Part shown: positions 1 through 8,396 of the stretch, one piece after another
Layout: each line of letters opens with the position of its first letter
How positions within the stretch are numbered: the stretch's first letter is position 1
Source: Minisyncoccota bacterium
GTDB lineage: Bacteria > Patescibacteriota > Minisyncoccia > Minisyncoccales > CG1-02-41-26
DNA length: 62,352 nucleotides
Direction of reading: 5' to 3'
Assembly: GCA_028712605.1 (NCBI GenBank)
Contig: JAQTPV010000001.1
Span: 1 to 62,352 of the forward strand
Notes under the pieces: generated by a model
Told to the model about the DNA's origin: nothing
What the model saw: only the letters and a program-made list of their open reading frames with translations
The model's database searches: none
Position numbers and translations under genes: made by a program

Positions 1-222
1 CCAGGCCAAAAAAATACGAGTGCCAGAAAGTACTAATAACAGAGGCAAGATAACCGAACCAAACCAATCAAGATGCTTGATTGGATTCAAGGTGAGCCGG
101 CCCGACATTCGAGCAGTTGGATCGCCCAAAGAATCAGCCATGGCTCCATGGGCCACTTCATGCAAAACAGCCGAAAAAATTAAAACCACAATCCCAGCAA
201 CAGTAAAAACATCTATAACCAT
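1..222 (-). CDS. Site-2 protease family (peptidase M50) zinc metalloprotease, N-terminal fragment continuing past the window edge
   Basis: Absent from the ORF track because no stop lies in the window. Reverse-strand ATG at 222. My translation is MVIDVFTVAGIVVLIFSAVLHEVAHGAMADSLGDPTARMSGRLTLNPIKHLDWFGSVILPLLL... It has HExxH (HEVAH) in a hydrophobic helix plus the GDPTA..GRLTLNP..H.D pattern typical of M50B proteins. Confidence 0.7.
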   Translation of the reverse strand, partial: MVIDVFTVAGIVVLIFSAVLHEVAHGAMADSLGDPTARMSGRLTLNPIKHLDWFGSVILPLLLVLSGTRIFLAW

Positions 223-377
223 TGAATTTTTGTTAAGTTTGGTTTATTATACATAATCGTTTCAATTTAGCAAACCGCATTAGCAAGCTAAATTTCTAAT
301 TTTTAATTCTTAACTTTTTATTTCTATTTAAAATTTAAATTTTGGATAGAAATTCAAGAAGAAAAATAAAATTAATT

Positions 378-596
378 ATGAAAACCTGCGCGATTTGTGG
401 AAAAGGCTCTCTGCTCTTTGGCCACTTCAATAAATTAAGGGGTAAATATAACCCTGCCCCCAAAATAAGAAAGCAACCTAATTTGCAGTGGCTCAATGTG
501 CCAAAAGACACCAGCAAAAAAAAATATAAGCCATTTGCTGGTGAAAGAGTAACGGCCTGCACTAAGTGCATCAAGGCCTTGTCTAAAAGCAAATAA
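378..596 (+). CDS. rpmB: 50S ribosomal protein L28
   Basis: MKTCAICGKGSLLFGHFNKLRGKYNPAPKIRKQPNLQW matches the L28 pattern (C-x2-C-GKG ... NPxxxxxxPNLQ). I place the start at the internal Met at 378 rather than the ORF-track start at 342. Confidence 0.8.
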   Translation: MKTCAICGKGSLLFGHFNKLRGKYNPAPKIRKQPNLQWLNVPKDTSKKKYKPFAGERVTACTKCIKALSKSK

Positions 597-651
597 GGTT
601 GTCCTTATTCAATAGGACATTATGGCTTCATCTGTCCTAATGTCCTACCAA

Positions 652-722
652 CGGGGTGTAGTATAAGGGTATTATTCACCCTTGGGGTGGGTGCGACCCG
701 GGTTCAACTCCCGGCACCCCGA
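652..722 (+). tRNA. tRNA-Pro (anticodon GGG)
   Basis: Hand-folded cloverleaf. Acceptor CGGGGUG/CACCCCG with discriminator A (bacterial tRNA-Pro hallmark). Anticodon stem CACCC/GGGUG with loop UUGGGGU. T arm CCGGG-UUCAACU-CCCGG. The D arm is AT-rich and weak. No CCA is encoded. Confidence 0.75.
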
Positions 723-732
723 ACGAAACCTT

Positions 733-776
733 CTCAAAACCAAAAACCTCCCAATTGGGAGGTTTTTGGTTTTGAG
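733..776. terminator. Bidirectional intrinsic terminator (perfect ~20-bp hairpin)
   Basis: CTCAAAACCAAAAACCTCCC-AATT-GGGAGGTTTTTGGTTTTGAG. The stem is flanked by T/A runs on both strands. It sits between the plus-strand tRNA-Pro and the end of the minus-strand ORF at 842. Confidence 0.7.
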
Positions 777-841
777 GTTGTCGGCAGGATCACTAGGCCA
801 GTCCCTTCCCCTGCTCTCATGATAAAAATATTTAATTTTAA

Positions 842-1330
842 CTAATCGGCGTTATGGTAATCAACCAACCCCTTGAAGACTTTTGGCTTATGTTTTTTCA
901 GCCATTGGACAATCCTCCATTCAGCGCTCTCTAAAGACTTAGGCCAGTTATTTATATCCAACATAACCAAACAAACATTAGGCGGTAAGTCTGCTTCACT
1001 CTTTTGAGGGCCGGTAGCCACCTGGACCCTAATTGGTTCTAAATACTCTCCTTTGAAAGTAACCAATAAATCAACTTTTTCTTGATTATCCTCCACGCGA
1101 CTACTTAAACGAACACTTTCCACACCCGGCATGCTCTTTAAGTGCTCCATAAGCCATATTTCTGCCTCAAAGCCTTTCGTCTTGCCCTTAACTTCGGTTG
1201 GAATGCTAAAATTTTCCGCGGTAGTTAAAGTCCTTTCTACCTTACCTGGCGGAATTTTACGCGCCTCTTGTGGCGGCACAACCGCCCTCCCTGGCAGAGT
1301 TTGTTCAAATCCATGCCCTGATTCTCCCAT
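842..1330 (-). CDS. Hypothetical protein
   Basis: Long ORF (track 842..1384) downstream of copA. The start is uncertain; I use the internal Met (MGESGHG) at 1330. No family recognised. The segment EAEIW...VEDNQEKVDLLV is only vaguely nuclease-like. Confidence 0.4.
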   Translation of the reverse strand: MGESGHGFEQTLPGRAVVPPQEARKIPPGKVERTLTTAENFSIPTEVKGKTKGFEAEIWLMEHLKSMPGVESVRLSSRVEDNQEKVDLLVTFKGEYLEPIRVQVATGPQKSEADLPPNVCLVMLDINNWPKSLESAEWRIVQWLKKHKPKVFKGLVDYHNAD

Positions 1331-1405
1331 ACAAATTAATAATAACTTATTTAGACTTATCGCACAACAAAATAAACGACCCACTTAAAGATATAAGTAT
1401 CAATT

Positions 1406-3700
1406 TTAAATCTTATGGCTTTTCATAATGAGTACATTAGCCAAAACGCTAACCGAAGACAAAGCCATGGCCGAAGCGGCAATCGCTGGATTTAATAGCC
1501 AACCAGTAAAAGGGTATAAAATGCCAGCGGCAATAGGGATACCAGCTAAATTATAAAAGAAAGCCCAAAAAAGATTTTGTTTAATTTTCTTAAAACTGTA
1601 AGCGCTTAAGGCAATGGCTCGGACAACGTCCCTTAAGTCATTTTTCACCAAAATAATTTCGCCAGTTTCCATGGCGATATCAGTACCGCCTCCCAAAGCA
1701 ATGCCCAAGTCAGCTTGAGCTAACATCGGAGCGTCATTAATGCCATCCCCCACAGCCGCCACTATTTTACCTTTAGTTTGCAGTTTTTTAATCTCCTCTG
1801 ATTTACCCTGCGGCAAAACTTCAGCTAATACATAATCTATATTTAGTTCTCTAGCTATCGCATCAGCCACTCGCTTGTTATCTCCCGTAATTATAGCCAC
1901 TTTCTTTCCTAATTTCTGCAAACTGCTTATAGCCTCTTGTGAATAATCTTTCAAAGTGTCAGCTATGGCTAAAAGTCCAGTTAACTTTTCAGCCATGGCT
2001 AAAAACACCACCGTTTTCCCCTCGTTTTCTAATTTCTCAACCTCTTGCTGATCTAATAAATCAATGCTTATTCCACGATCTTGCATCAAACTTCTGTTGC
2101 CCAACAGAATTTTTAAATTATCGTTTTGCAATTTAATGCTTCCTTCCACCCCCTGGCCCTCCAAAGCCTGAAAATTTTCAACCGATAACAATTGAGCATT
2201 ATTTTCCTTAGCTTTTTTGACTATCGCTGAAGCAAGCGGATGCTCGGAATTATTTTCTAAAGAAGCGGCAATTTGCAAAACATCCTTTTCATTATTAAAA
2301 GAAGGCCCGGTCACATACAATATATCTGTTAAAACCGGCTCTCCTTTAGTTAGCGTTCCTGTTTTATCAAAAACTACGGTATTTATTTTTCTAGCAGTTT
2401 CAAGGGCCCTGGCGCTTTTAATCAAGATGCCATTTGAGGCCCCCAAGCCTGTCCCCACCATTACGGCTGTTGGTGTGGCCAATCCCAAAACACAAGGGCA
2501 AGCAATTACTAACACGGCCACAAAAGTAGTTAAAGCGAATGACAGGGGTTGACCCAAGGCTAACCAAGTGGTTAAAGATATCAGGGCGATTAGCATAACC
2601 ACTGGCACAAAATAAAAAGAAACCTTATCGGCTAACAGCTGAATGGGTGCCTTAGACCCCATAGCCTCTTCCACAATCTTAATGATTTGAGCCAACATTG
2701 TAGCCTCCCCTACCTTCTCTGCTTTAAACCGGAAGGCGCCTGTTTTATTAATAGTGCCCCCAATGACCATATCCCTTATTTTCTTATGAACGGGCATTGA
2801 TTCACCGGTAATCATGGCCTCGTCAACAAAAGAATTACCTTCCACGACTAAACCATCTACTGGGATTTTCTCACCGGGCCTCACTAAAACAATATCCCCC
2901 ACCTGCAATTGCGTAATCGGCAACTTAAATTCCTCACCCTCCCTGATAACGGTGCATTCTTTGGGTTGAAGGCCTATCAACTTCTTAATAGCCTCACTCG
3001 TTTTCCCCCGGGCGATAGCCTCCAGATATTTACCCAAAGAAATAAACACCAAAATAATAGCTGAAGTCTCAAAATATGTTTCGGGCATTAAGTCTTGGGG
3101 GTAAAACCAATATCCAACAGCTAAGATTAAGCTATAAGCATAAGCTGCAAAAGTACCAATAAAAACTAAAGAATTCATATCGGGCCTTAGCCTCAAAAGC
3201 GCTTTAACTCCCGATGTCCAGATATAAAAAGCGGCACTAATAACCGCGGTGGCCAAGATAAAGTTAATTAGGATTTCATCGTTTAAAAGCCAGACTGGTA
3301 AATTAACGCCCAGTATTTTCATGACCATCAGCAAAAACAAAGGGACAGCAAAAAATAAAGCCGTGAAAAAACGGGCGCCTAATTTCTTGATTTCTTTCTC
3401 GGCTCTGCTGCCTTTATCCAAAGCTATGCCGTGTTGGTGCCCCGTCTCTTGTCCCCTGGCTGCTTCCTCGTTCGCTTCGTGGGCTTCATAGCCAGCTTTT
3501 TTGACTACCAATTTAATCTTTTCTAAATTAGTTTTTTCTTGGTCAAATTCTATTTTAGCCTTCTCGGAAGCAAAATTAACTTCAGCCGTCACTATCCCCT
3601 CCTCTTTCTTGAGGGCATTTTCAATATTCAAAACACAGCTGGCACAATGCATACCCGATAAATGGAGTATTATTTTTTGATTATTATTTGATTTTTCCAT
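1406..3700 (-). CDS. copA: Copper-translocating P1B-type ATPase
   Basis: N-terminal HMA domain (GMHCASC), CPC transmembrane metal site ([11 protein letters not shown]), DKTGTLT phosphorylation motif and GDGINDAP hinge. The track start at 3727 is a GTG. I prefer the ATG at 3700 (MEKSNNNQ), 4 nt after the upstream stop. Confidence 0.95.
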   Translation of the reverse strand: MEKSNNNQKIILHLSGMHCASCVLNIENALKKEEGIVTAEVNFASEKAKIEFDQEKTNLEKIKLVVKKAGYEAHEANEEAARGQETGHQHGIALDKGSRAEKEIKKLGARFFTALFFAVPLFLLMVMKILGVNLPVWLLNDEILINFILATAVISAAFYIWTSGVKALLRLRPDMNSLVFIGTFAAYAYSLILAVGYWFYPQDLMPETYFETSAIILVFISLGKYLEAIARGKTSEAIKKLIGLQPKECTVIREGEEFKLPITQLQVGDIVLVRPGEKIPVDGLVVEGNSFVDEAMITGESMPVHKKIRDMVIGGTINKTGAFRFKAEKVGEATMLAQIIKIVEEAMGSKAPIQLLADKVSFYFVPVVMLIALISLTTWLALGQPLSFALTTFVAVLVIACPCVLGLATPTAVMVGTGLGASNGILIKSARALETARKINTVVFDKTGTLTKGEPVLTDILYVTGPSFNNEKDVLQIAASLENNSEHPLASAIVKKAKENNAQLLSVENFQALEGQGVEGSIKLQNDNLKILLGNRSLMQDRGISIDLLDQQEVEKLENEGKTVVFLAMAEKLTGLLAIADTLKDYSQEAISSLQKLGKKVAIITGDNKRVADAIARELNIDYVLAEVLPQGKSEEIKKLQTKGKIVAAVGDGINDAPMLAQADLGIALGGGTDIAMETGEIILVKNDLRDVVRAIALSAYSFKKIKQNLFWAFFYNLAGIPIAAGILYPFTGWLLNPAIAASAMALSSVSVLANVLIMKSHKI

Positions 3701-3704
3701 TATT

Positions 3705-5276
3705 TTATTGGCCGCCGCCACAACCACAGCCCTTACTTCCAGAAGGAACCACTAGATCAGCGCTATTGGTGTTGCTTGCAGCATTAGCAATATTGCCTCC
3801 GCTATTATTGCTGCTATTTGCGTCAACCACCTCCATTATGCCAGAAACCATGCCCATCCAGCAGCTGAATTTGTATTTACCGGCTTTTGTTGGCGCTGTA
3901 AATTCTTTAACACTCACTTGGCCGGGCGTTAAAGGGATATTGCCGGAAAATAGCCCTTGCGCAATAACTGCGTTAGTGCAACCACTGGTGCCTACGTCCT
4001 CAATCTCCCATCTCACTGGAAGGCCGGCCCTGATTTTAAAGTAATTTGGGCTGTAGCCAGAAGAGGAGGCTTTCATTTTGATGACCTGTTTCCCATCAAC
4101 GATAGGTGGCAAGTCTTTCTCGTTAGTATTACCCCCTATATTACTGCCGTTATTGGAATTATTAGTCACATTGCCGCCATTATTATTTGGTCTATCAATG
4201 CTGTTGCCTGAAACGACTGCTGGAGAACTCAAGGCCAAATCGTTAAAACTTGGTAGGCCTAAAACATTCAACTGATTATTAGCGTTAAATAAAGCGAAAA
4301 ATAAAACCAAGAACCCTGCCGCCTTCAAAAAGCGAGTGGCCACAGCTTGATTGCTAACTAATTTTAAGCTGGATAAGCCGATACCTAATAAAACTGGGGC
4401 TGTGCCTAAGGCGAAAGCCAACATAATTAATCCTCCCGAAAGCCAGCCGCCAGAGATCAAAGCCAAGCCTTGAGCAGTAATTGTGAAACCGCAAGGCAAA
4501 AAGAAAGTGGCCGCACCCAAAACAAACGGCATATATTTGCCCTGAAAGTTTTTTTCATCAGCCACGTAGCGCGTCAAAAACTTGGGCATGCCGATTTGAA
4601 AACGGCGTAAAGATTTAACTCCCAGCATCTGCAAGGCCAATAAAACCATTAAAACGGATACAGCTAAAATGAGTAGAGCCGAAAAACCCAAAGTTATCTG
4701 CAACTTACTGCCAATCATTCCCAAGATCGCCCCTAAAACAAAATAAGATACCAAACGGCCGATATTGAACATCAAATGCGGCTGAAACCTTTTAACGGCT
4801 GAAGACTCTTTAGCATAAACTTCAGACCATTGCTTGGCCATAGACAGCACCAACCCACCCACTAAAGCCGCACAAGTGGAAAGGCCGGCCAAAACACCAA
4901 ATAAGAAAAAGGCCGGTAAAGAGGAAGCTGAATTTAATTGCACTAACGAAGAAAAGCCCGTTCTATTCAATAATAAAAACCCCAGCATAATTATGGCGGC
5001 TATCACCAAGGCCCATAAAGAGTCTCGAGCCCCCAAGCCTCCAAATTCCTTTGTCGGCTTATCAGAAAAGATATAGCCTTGCTTCTTAAAAATCTTATTC
5101 AAGTCCTCATCGCTGGGTCTCTCGCCTTCGTAATTAATTAACACCTCACCCTTGCCGTTAGACGCTTCTACTGACTTTATATTGCCCCCCTCCAGCAACG
5201 TTTTTTCTATTAACAGCTCGCAAGAAGCGCAGTGAGTGCCCTTAACGTAATAAGTGTGTTGTTTTATTTGACTCAT
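3705..5276 (-). CDS. Three-domain fusion: HMA metal-binding domain, TauE/SafE-DsbD-like polytopic membrane domain, C-terminal cupredoxin-like domain
   Basis: [15 protein letters not shown] (HMA). About 8 hydrophobic helices including [13 protein letters not shown]. Asn/Gly/Ser-rich linkers. C-terminal [18 protein letters not shown] (cupredoxin_1-like C..M.M pattern). The tail ends GCGCGGGQ. Confidence 0.8.
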   Translation of the reverse strand: MSQIKQHTYYVKGTHCASCELLIEKTLLEGGNIKSVEASNGKGEVLINYEGERPSDEDLNKIFKKQGYIFSDKPTKEFGGLGARDSLWALVIAAIIMLGFLLLNRTGFSSLVQLNSASSLPAFFLFGVLAGLSTCAALVGGLVLSMAKQWSEVYAKESSAVKRFQPHLMFNIGRLVSYFVLGAILGMIGSKLQITLGFSALLILAVSVLMVLLALQMLGVKSLRRFQIGMPKFLTRYVADEKNFQGKYMPFVLGAATFFLPCGFTITAQGLALISGGWLSGGLIMLAFALGTAPVLLGIGLSSLKLVSNQAVATRFLKAAGFLVLFFALFNANNQLNVLGLPSFNDLALSSPAVVSGNSIDRPNNNGGNVTNNSNNGSNIGGNTNEKDLPPIVDGKQVIKMKASSSGYSPNYFKIRAGLPVRWEIEDVGTSGCTNAVIAQGLFSGNIPLTPGQVSVKEFTAPTKAGKYKFSCWMGMVSGIMEVVDANSSNNSGGNIANAASNTNSADLVVPSGSKGCGCGGGQ

Positions 5277-5291
5277 AAATTTTGCAATGGA

Positions 5292-5564
5292 TTATTTATT
5301 GACTATTCTGGTGACCTTTAAAATTTCCTCAATCATGGCCTGCTTTTTAGCTTCATTTTTAGAAGCCATAGCATTCTTAAAACAAGAATTCAAATGGCCC
5401 TCCATCAACATTTGATGGGCGGATTTCAAAAGGCCAATCACCGCTAAATTCTGCTGCATGATATCAATGCAGTACTGTCCCCCCTCTGTCATCTTGATAA
5501 TTTTAGCTAAATGACTCTGCGCTTTCTTAAAGTTTATTAATGTTTTTTGCTTATTTTCCGTCAT
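5292..5564 (-). CDS. csoR: CsoR/RcnR-family metal-sensing transcriptional repressor
   Basis: 90 aa. YCIDIMQQ ... HQMLMEGHLNSC supplies the Cys-His-Cys ligand pattern of Cu(I)-sensing CsoR. It lies immediately upstream of the copper export genes. Confidence 0.85.
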   Translation of the reverse strand: MTENKQKTLINFKKAQSHLAKIIKMTEGGQYCIDIMQQNLAVIGLLKSAHQMLMEGHLNSCFKNAMASKNEAKKQAMIEEILKVTRIVNK

Positions 5565-5588
5565 AGTTTTAATTTTAATGGATAATCA

Positions 5589-5717
5589 TTATTTATCCTT
5601 TCTAACATTATCTTTTACTTCTAAAATATCGCAAGAACAATCCTGATATTCTCTGCCGCAAGCTTCGCAATATTTATCCTCGGCCTTTTGGTAACAACAC
5701 TCGCAAATGCTTTTCAT
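5589..5717 (-). CDS. Unannotated 42-aa cysteine-rich mini-protein (first gene of the csoR-cop operon)
   Basis: Below the ORF-track size cut-off. My translation is MKSICECCYQKAEDKYCEACGREYQDCSCDILEVKDNVRKDK, with 8 Cys in the first 29 residues. It is same-strand and 24 nt upstream of csoR. No clear SD. Confidence 0.45.
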   Translation of the reverse strand: MKSICECCYQKAEDKYCEACGREYQDCSCDILEVKDNVRKDK

Positions 5718-5802
5718 AAATTGTATCGGCCAGTCCCCTTACTAACCTTACTTGCAAGGCTAGCAAGGGAAACCTGACTGCCTTATTGACTAACACTTGG
5801 CT

Positions 5803-5825
5803 TACCTATACCTATGGTATAGGTA
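5803..5825. promoter_or_regulatory. Candidate CsoR operator (perfect 10-3-10 inverted repeat)
   Basis: TACCTATACC-TAT-GGTATAGGTA lies in the only intergenic region upstream of the cop operon. Its TACC...GGTA core resembles described CsoR operators. It overlaps promoter-like hexamers on the minus strand (TTGCTA ... TACCAT/TATACC). Confidence 0.5.
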
Positions 5826-5892
5826 TATTTAAATTGTAGCAAAACAAAAAAGGGCTGTCAATAGCCCCTGACTGTCCAGCAATCCATCAACC

Positions 5893-6153
5893 TTAAAGTT
5901 GGATTATATAAAGCCCTTTTTCCTCAATGTTTTGTTTTTGGCCGAAGTCGTTGAGGTTGAATGCCATCACATACTTAACTGTTTTCTCTAGAATGCGACC
6001 TGTATATTTCTCGGTTTCTGGGTCCCACTCCTCTAAAATTAAGGTGTCGCCTTCCTGAACATCAAAATCAGCCAATCTCAAATCAAAATTTTTCTTGCCA
6101 GTTTTCACCAGCTCAAACAATTCCGGCCAAGCTTTTTTTCTAATAGTTGCCAT
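5893..6153 (-). CDS. DUF3850 / ASCH-like (PUA-fold) small protein
   Basis: 86 aa. KKAWPELFELVKTGKKNFDLRLADFDVQEGDTLILEEW matches the pattern I recall for DUF3850 (ILPEYFEAV.SG.KTFE.R.NDRDF.VGD.L.L.E). Confidence 0.65.
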   Translation of the reverse strand: MATIRKKAWPELFELVKTGKKNFDLRLADFDVQEGDTLILEEWDPETEKYTGRILEKTVKYVMAFNLNDFGQKQNIEEKGLYIIQL

Positions 6154-6296
6154 ACCCCGTAGAGGAATTTCGGCAAAATAATTTAGTTATTTTTATAAAC
6201 TATTTAACCCTGAATTCCTCTTTACTTTAATATCCTACCCCCGCTTGGATTCGCCAATTATTTTAAATAACTTGCCGAAATTCTCCTACGGGGCAT
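6154..6296 (-). promoter_or_regulatory. Leader element, copy A (paralog of 49324-49478)
   Basis: The first ~65 nt on the minus strand are ATGCCCCGTAGGAGAATTTCGGCAAGTTATTTAAAATAATTGGCGAATCCAAGCGGGGGTA. By eye they are ~85% identical to the plus-strand copy at 49324. The 5' arm (6272-6293 on plus) and the 3' arm (6155-6176) are a 20/22 inverted repeat, and the 3' arm abuts the start codon at 6153. Confidence 0.5.
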
Positions 6297-6306
6297 AATT
6301 TAAAGA

Positions 6307-6843
6307 TTATTCTTTGCAGCAGTCAATAGCCCTTTTAACCAAATCGCCCAGCTTGCCCAAAAATCCTTTTTTCTCTTGGTCGTGCTTATTAACTGCTTGC
6401 TCATCAATTTGTTTAATATCGTCAGCTTTAATAACCTTCAAGTTCAAACCCCAGAATAAAGAGTACAAATCATAGGCTTTTTGGAATAAATCGTAAGCCT
6501 CTTCTTTTTTGCCTTGCCCTAATGCTTTTGTGCCCACCTCCATTAAACGCATTGAAGCGGCCAACAGGTGTTTACTAATGCACCAAACTTCGCCCTCATA
6601 ATCTTTAATAAGCTTTTTGAGTAATTGCTTTCTCATCTCTCGAGCCTGCTTCAGGAGTTCAAAATATTCTTCTTTATGGCCGGTTTTTTGCGCGGTGAAA
6701 AAAAAGTGCTCCTCAATGCTTACCAAGTTCATAATAGCTAAGCTTAAATCTTCGTCTGAAGATAAATCCAGCTGATTATCTTTTTTAGACTGATTAACGC
6801 GTTCTATAAATTGGTTTAAATTTTGAATAGCTTCTTTTTCCAT
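6307..6843 (-). CDS. Hypothetical cytoplasmic helical protein
   Basis: 178-aa ORF tightly packed with its neighbours. No motif recognised. The C-terminus ends CCKE. Confidence 0.5.
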   Translation of the reverse strand: MEKEAIQNLNQFIERVNQSKKDNQLDLSSDEDLSLAIMNLVSIEEHFFFTAQKTGHKEEYFELLKQAREMRKQLLKKLIKDYEGEVWCISKHLLAASMRLMEVGTKALGQGKKEEAYDLFQKAYDLYSLFWGLNLKVIKADDIKQIDEQAVNKHDQEKKGFLGKLGDLVKRAIDCCKE

Positions 6844-6847
6844 AGAA

Positions 6848-7369
6848 TTAGCAATATTTAGTAACTAAATAAAAAGCAAAGCTTAAGATTAATAAGGCGC
6901 CCACTGGAATAATTACTTTCTGGTATGGGAAATAAGCCTTTCCGTTGTTTTTACGTTTTAACCAACTGTGGAGCCAAAGCGATAAAGCAAAACCAATACT
7001 GCCCACCAAAATACCAATAATTAGCTTATCAGCTCCCCAAAGCCTATGTAATGGGTCGCCAATCATTTTAGTGAGATATAAGGGAATAAGGACGGACAAA
7101 TAAAAAAATAAGGCGATAACCATAGTGCGTCCTTGGAATCTCCAATTCTTTTTCTCAAAAAACTGAACGGTCCAGCCAACCACGGCAATCAAAAGCCCAG
7201 CTATCCACAGGCCAGTAATAGTATCATCAATTTTTAACCACCGCGCTAACCCCAAGCCAGCACAAACAGCCACTGTGCAAACCGGACACACCGGCTGGGC
7301 TGAAACGCCAAGGGGCATTAAAAAAACCGGCCCAAACATTAAAATAATGTTTTTGATTTTCATATTCAA
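6848..7369 (-). CDS. Hypothetical polytopic membrane protein with an N-terminal CPVCTVAVC motif
   Basis: Signal-like N-terminus followed by QPVCPVCTVAVCAG and about 4 further hydrophobic helices. Divergent from the hydrogenase genes. Confidence 0.5.
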   Translation of the reverse strand: MNMKIKNIILMFGPVFLMPLGVSAQPVCPVCTVAVCAGLGLARWLKIDDTITGLWIAGLLIAVVGWTVQFFEKKNWRFQGRTMVIALFFYLSVLIPLYLTKMIGDPLHRLWGADKLIIGILVGSIGFALSLWLHSWLKRKNNGKAYFPYQKVIIPVGALLILSFAFYLVTKYC

Positions 7370-7408
7370 AGAAGTTATAATACAATAATTTAATATACCA
7401 GATTTTTT

Positions 7409-8386
7409 ATGTTTGATAAAGGCATCATCGCCAAATTAAAACAAAAGGGATTAACCGGCCGAGGAGGAGCAGGTTTTCCAACCTGGCAAAAATGGGAAGC
7501 AGTCAAAAATATTCAAGCCGACAAACGCTACATCGTCTGCAATGCTTCAGAGGGCGAGCCTTTTATTTTAAAAGACAAGTATATCTTAGAAAATTATCCA
7601 GAGGAAGTTATCTATGGCCTCAAAATCGCTCTCAAGGCAATACCTAAATCCGAGGCTATCATTTATTTAAACGAATTTTATTATCAACAGTTTAAAAATA
7701 AACTGGAAAAATTAATCGCCGCCTCTCCCATTACTTTATTTAGCAAGCCCGGCGGCTATTTGAAGGGCGAAGAAACAACCCTGCTCAATATTATTGAAGG
7801 TGAAAAGGCTGAGCCCAGGGTGAAGCCTCCCTACCCTACCGAAAAAGGATTATGGGGTAAGCCAACCCTAATCAACAACGTAGAAACTTTTTATTGGATT
7901 AGTAAGATTGCCAAAAATGAATATCAGGGTCATAGATTCTACAGTATTGAAGGGGAGGTTAAAAACAGAGGCGTTTTTGAGTTGCCTGAAACATATACCA
8001 TCAAACAAATCTTAGAACAAACGGGCAATTACCCAAATTTTTCTTTTTTTCTACAGGTTGGCGGCGGGGCCAGCGGTGCCATTATGACACCTAATGAATT
8101 AGATCAGCCGATTAAGGGGGCTGGGGCTATTTTAGTTTTTAATAAACAAAATACTGACCCCTTACAATTGATGGCTGGCTGGGCCGAATTTTTTATTCGG
8201 GAAAACTGCGACCAATGCACTCCCTGTCGTGAAGGGGTTTATCGCCTCAAAGAAGCCTTAGCCAAAGGCGAGATTAAAAAAGAGGCTATTGATGAAGTTT
8301 TGCTTGCTTTGGAAAAGACTTCTTTCTGCCCTTTAGGCAAAAGTATAAGCACGCCATTTAAAACAGCCTTGCAAAAACTCTTTTAA
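7409..8386 (+). CDS. NuoF/HydB-like flavoprotein subunit (short form)
   Basis: GRGGAGFPTWQKW and CNASEGEPFILKDKY (NADH/FMN site of the 51-kDa subunit family). C-terminal 4Fe-4S motif CDQCTPCREG...C. Adjacent to hydA. Confidence 0.85.
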   Translation: MFDKGIIAKLKQKGLTGRGGAGFPTWQKWEAVKNIQADKRYIVCNASEGEPFILKDKYILENYPEEVIYGLKIALKAIPKSEAIIYLNEFYYQQFKNKLEKLIAASPITLFSKPGGYLKGEETTLLNIIEGEKAEPRVKPPYPTEKGLWGKPTLINNVETFYWISKIAKNEYQGHRFYSIEGEVKNRGVFELPETYTIKQILEQTGNYPNFSFFLQVGGGASGAIMTPNELDQPIKGAGAILVFNKQNTDPLQLMAGWAEFFIRENCDQCTPCREGVYRLKEALAKGEIKKEAIDEVLLALEKTSFCPLGKSISTPFKTALQKLF

Positions 8387-8396
8387 TCTTAATCGC

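Noticed and set aside
20-256. 78-aa plus-strand ORF at the window start
   Set aside because: It is antisense to a reverse-strand frame that encodes a clear M50 protease N-terminus (HEVAH, GDPTA..GRLTLNP). The plus-strand product has no recognisable features.
335-592. 85-aa minus-strand ORF
   Set aside because: It is fully antisense to rpmB, which has an unmistakable L28 signature.
652-5830. Copper operon as a tRNA-Pro-associated genomic island
   Set aside because: It is adjacent to a tRNA, but I see no integrase, no direct repeat of the tRNA 3' end and no obvious compositional break. The evidence is insufficient.
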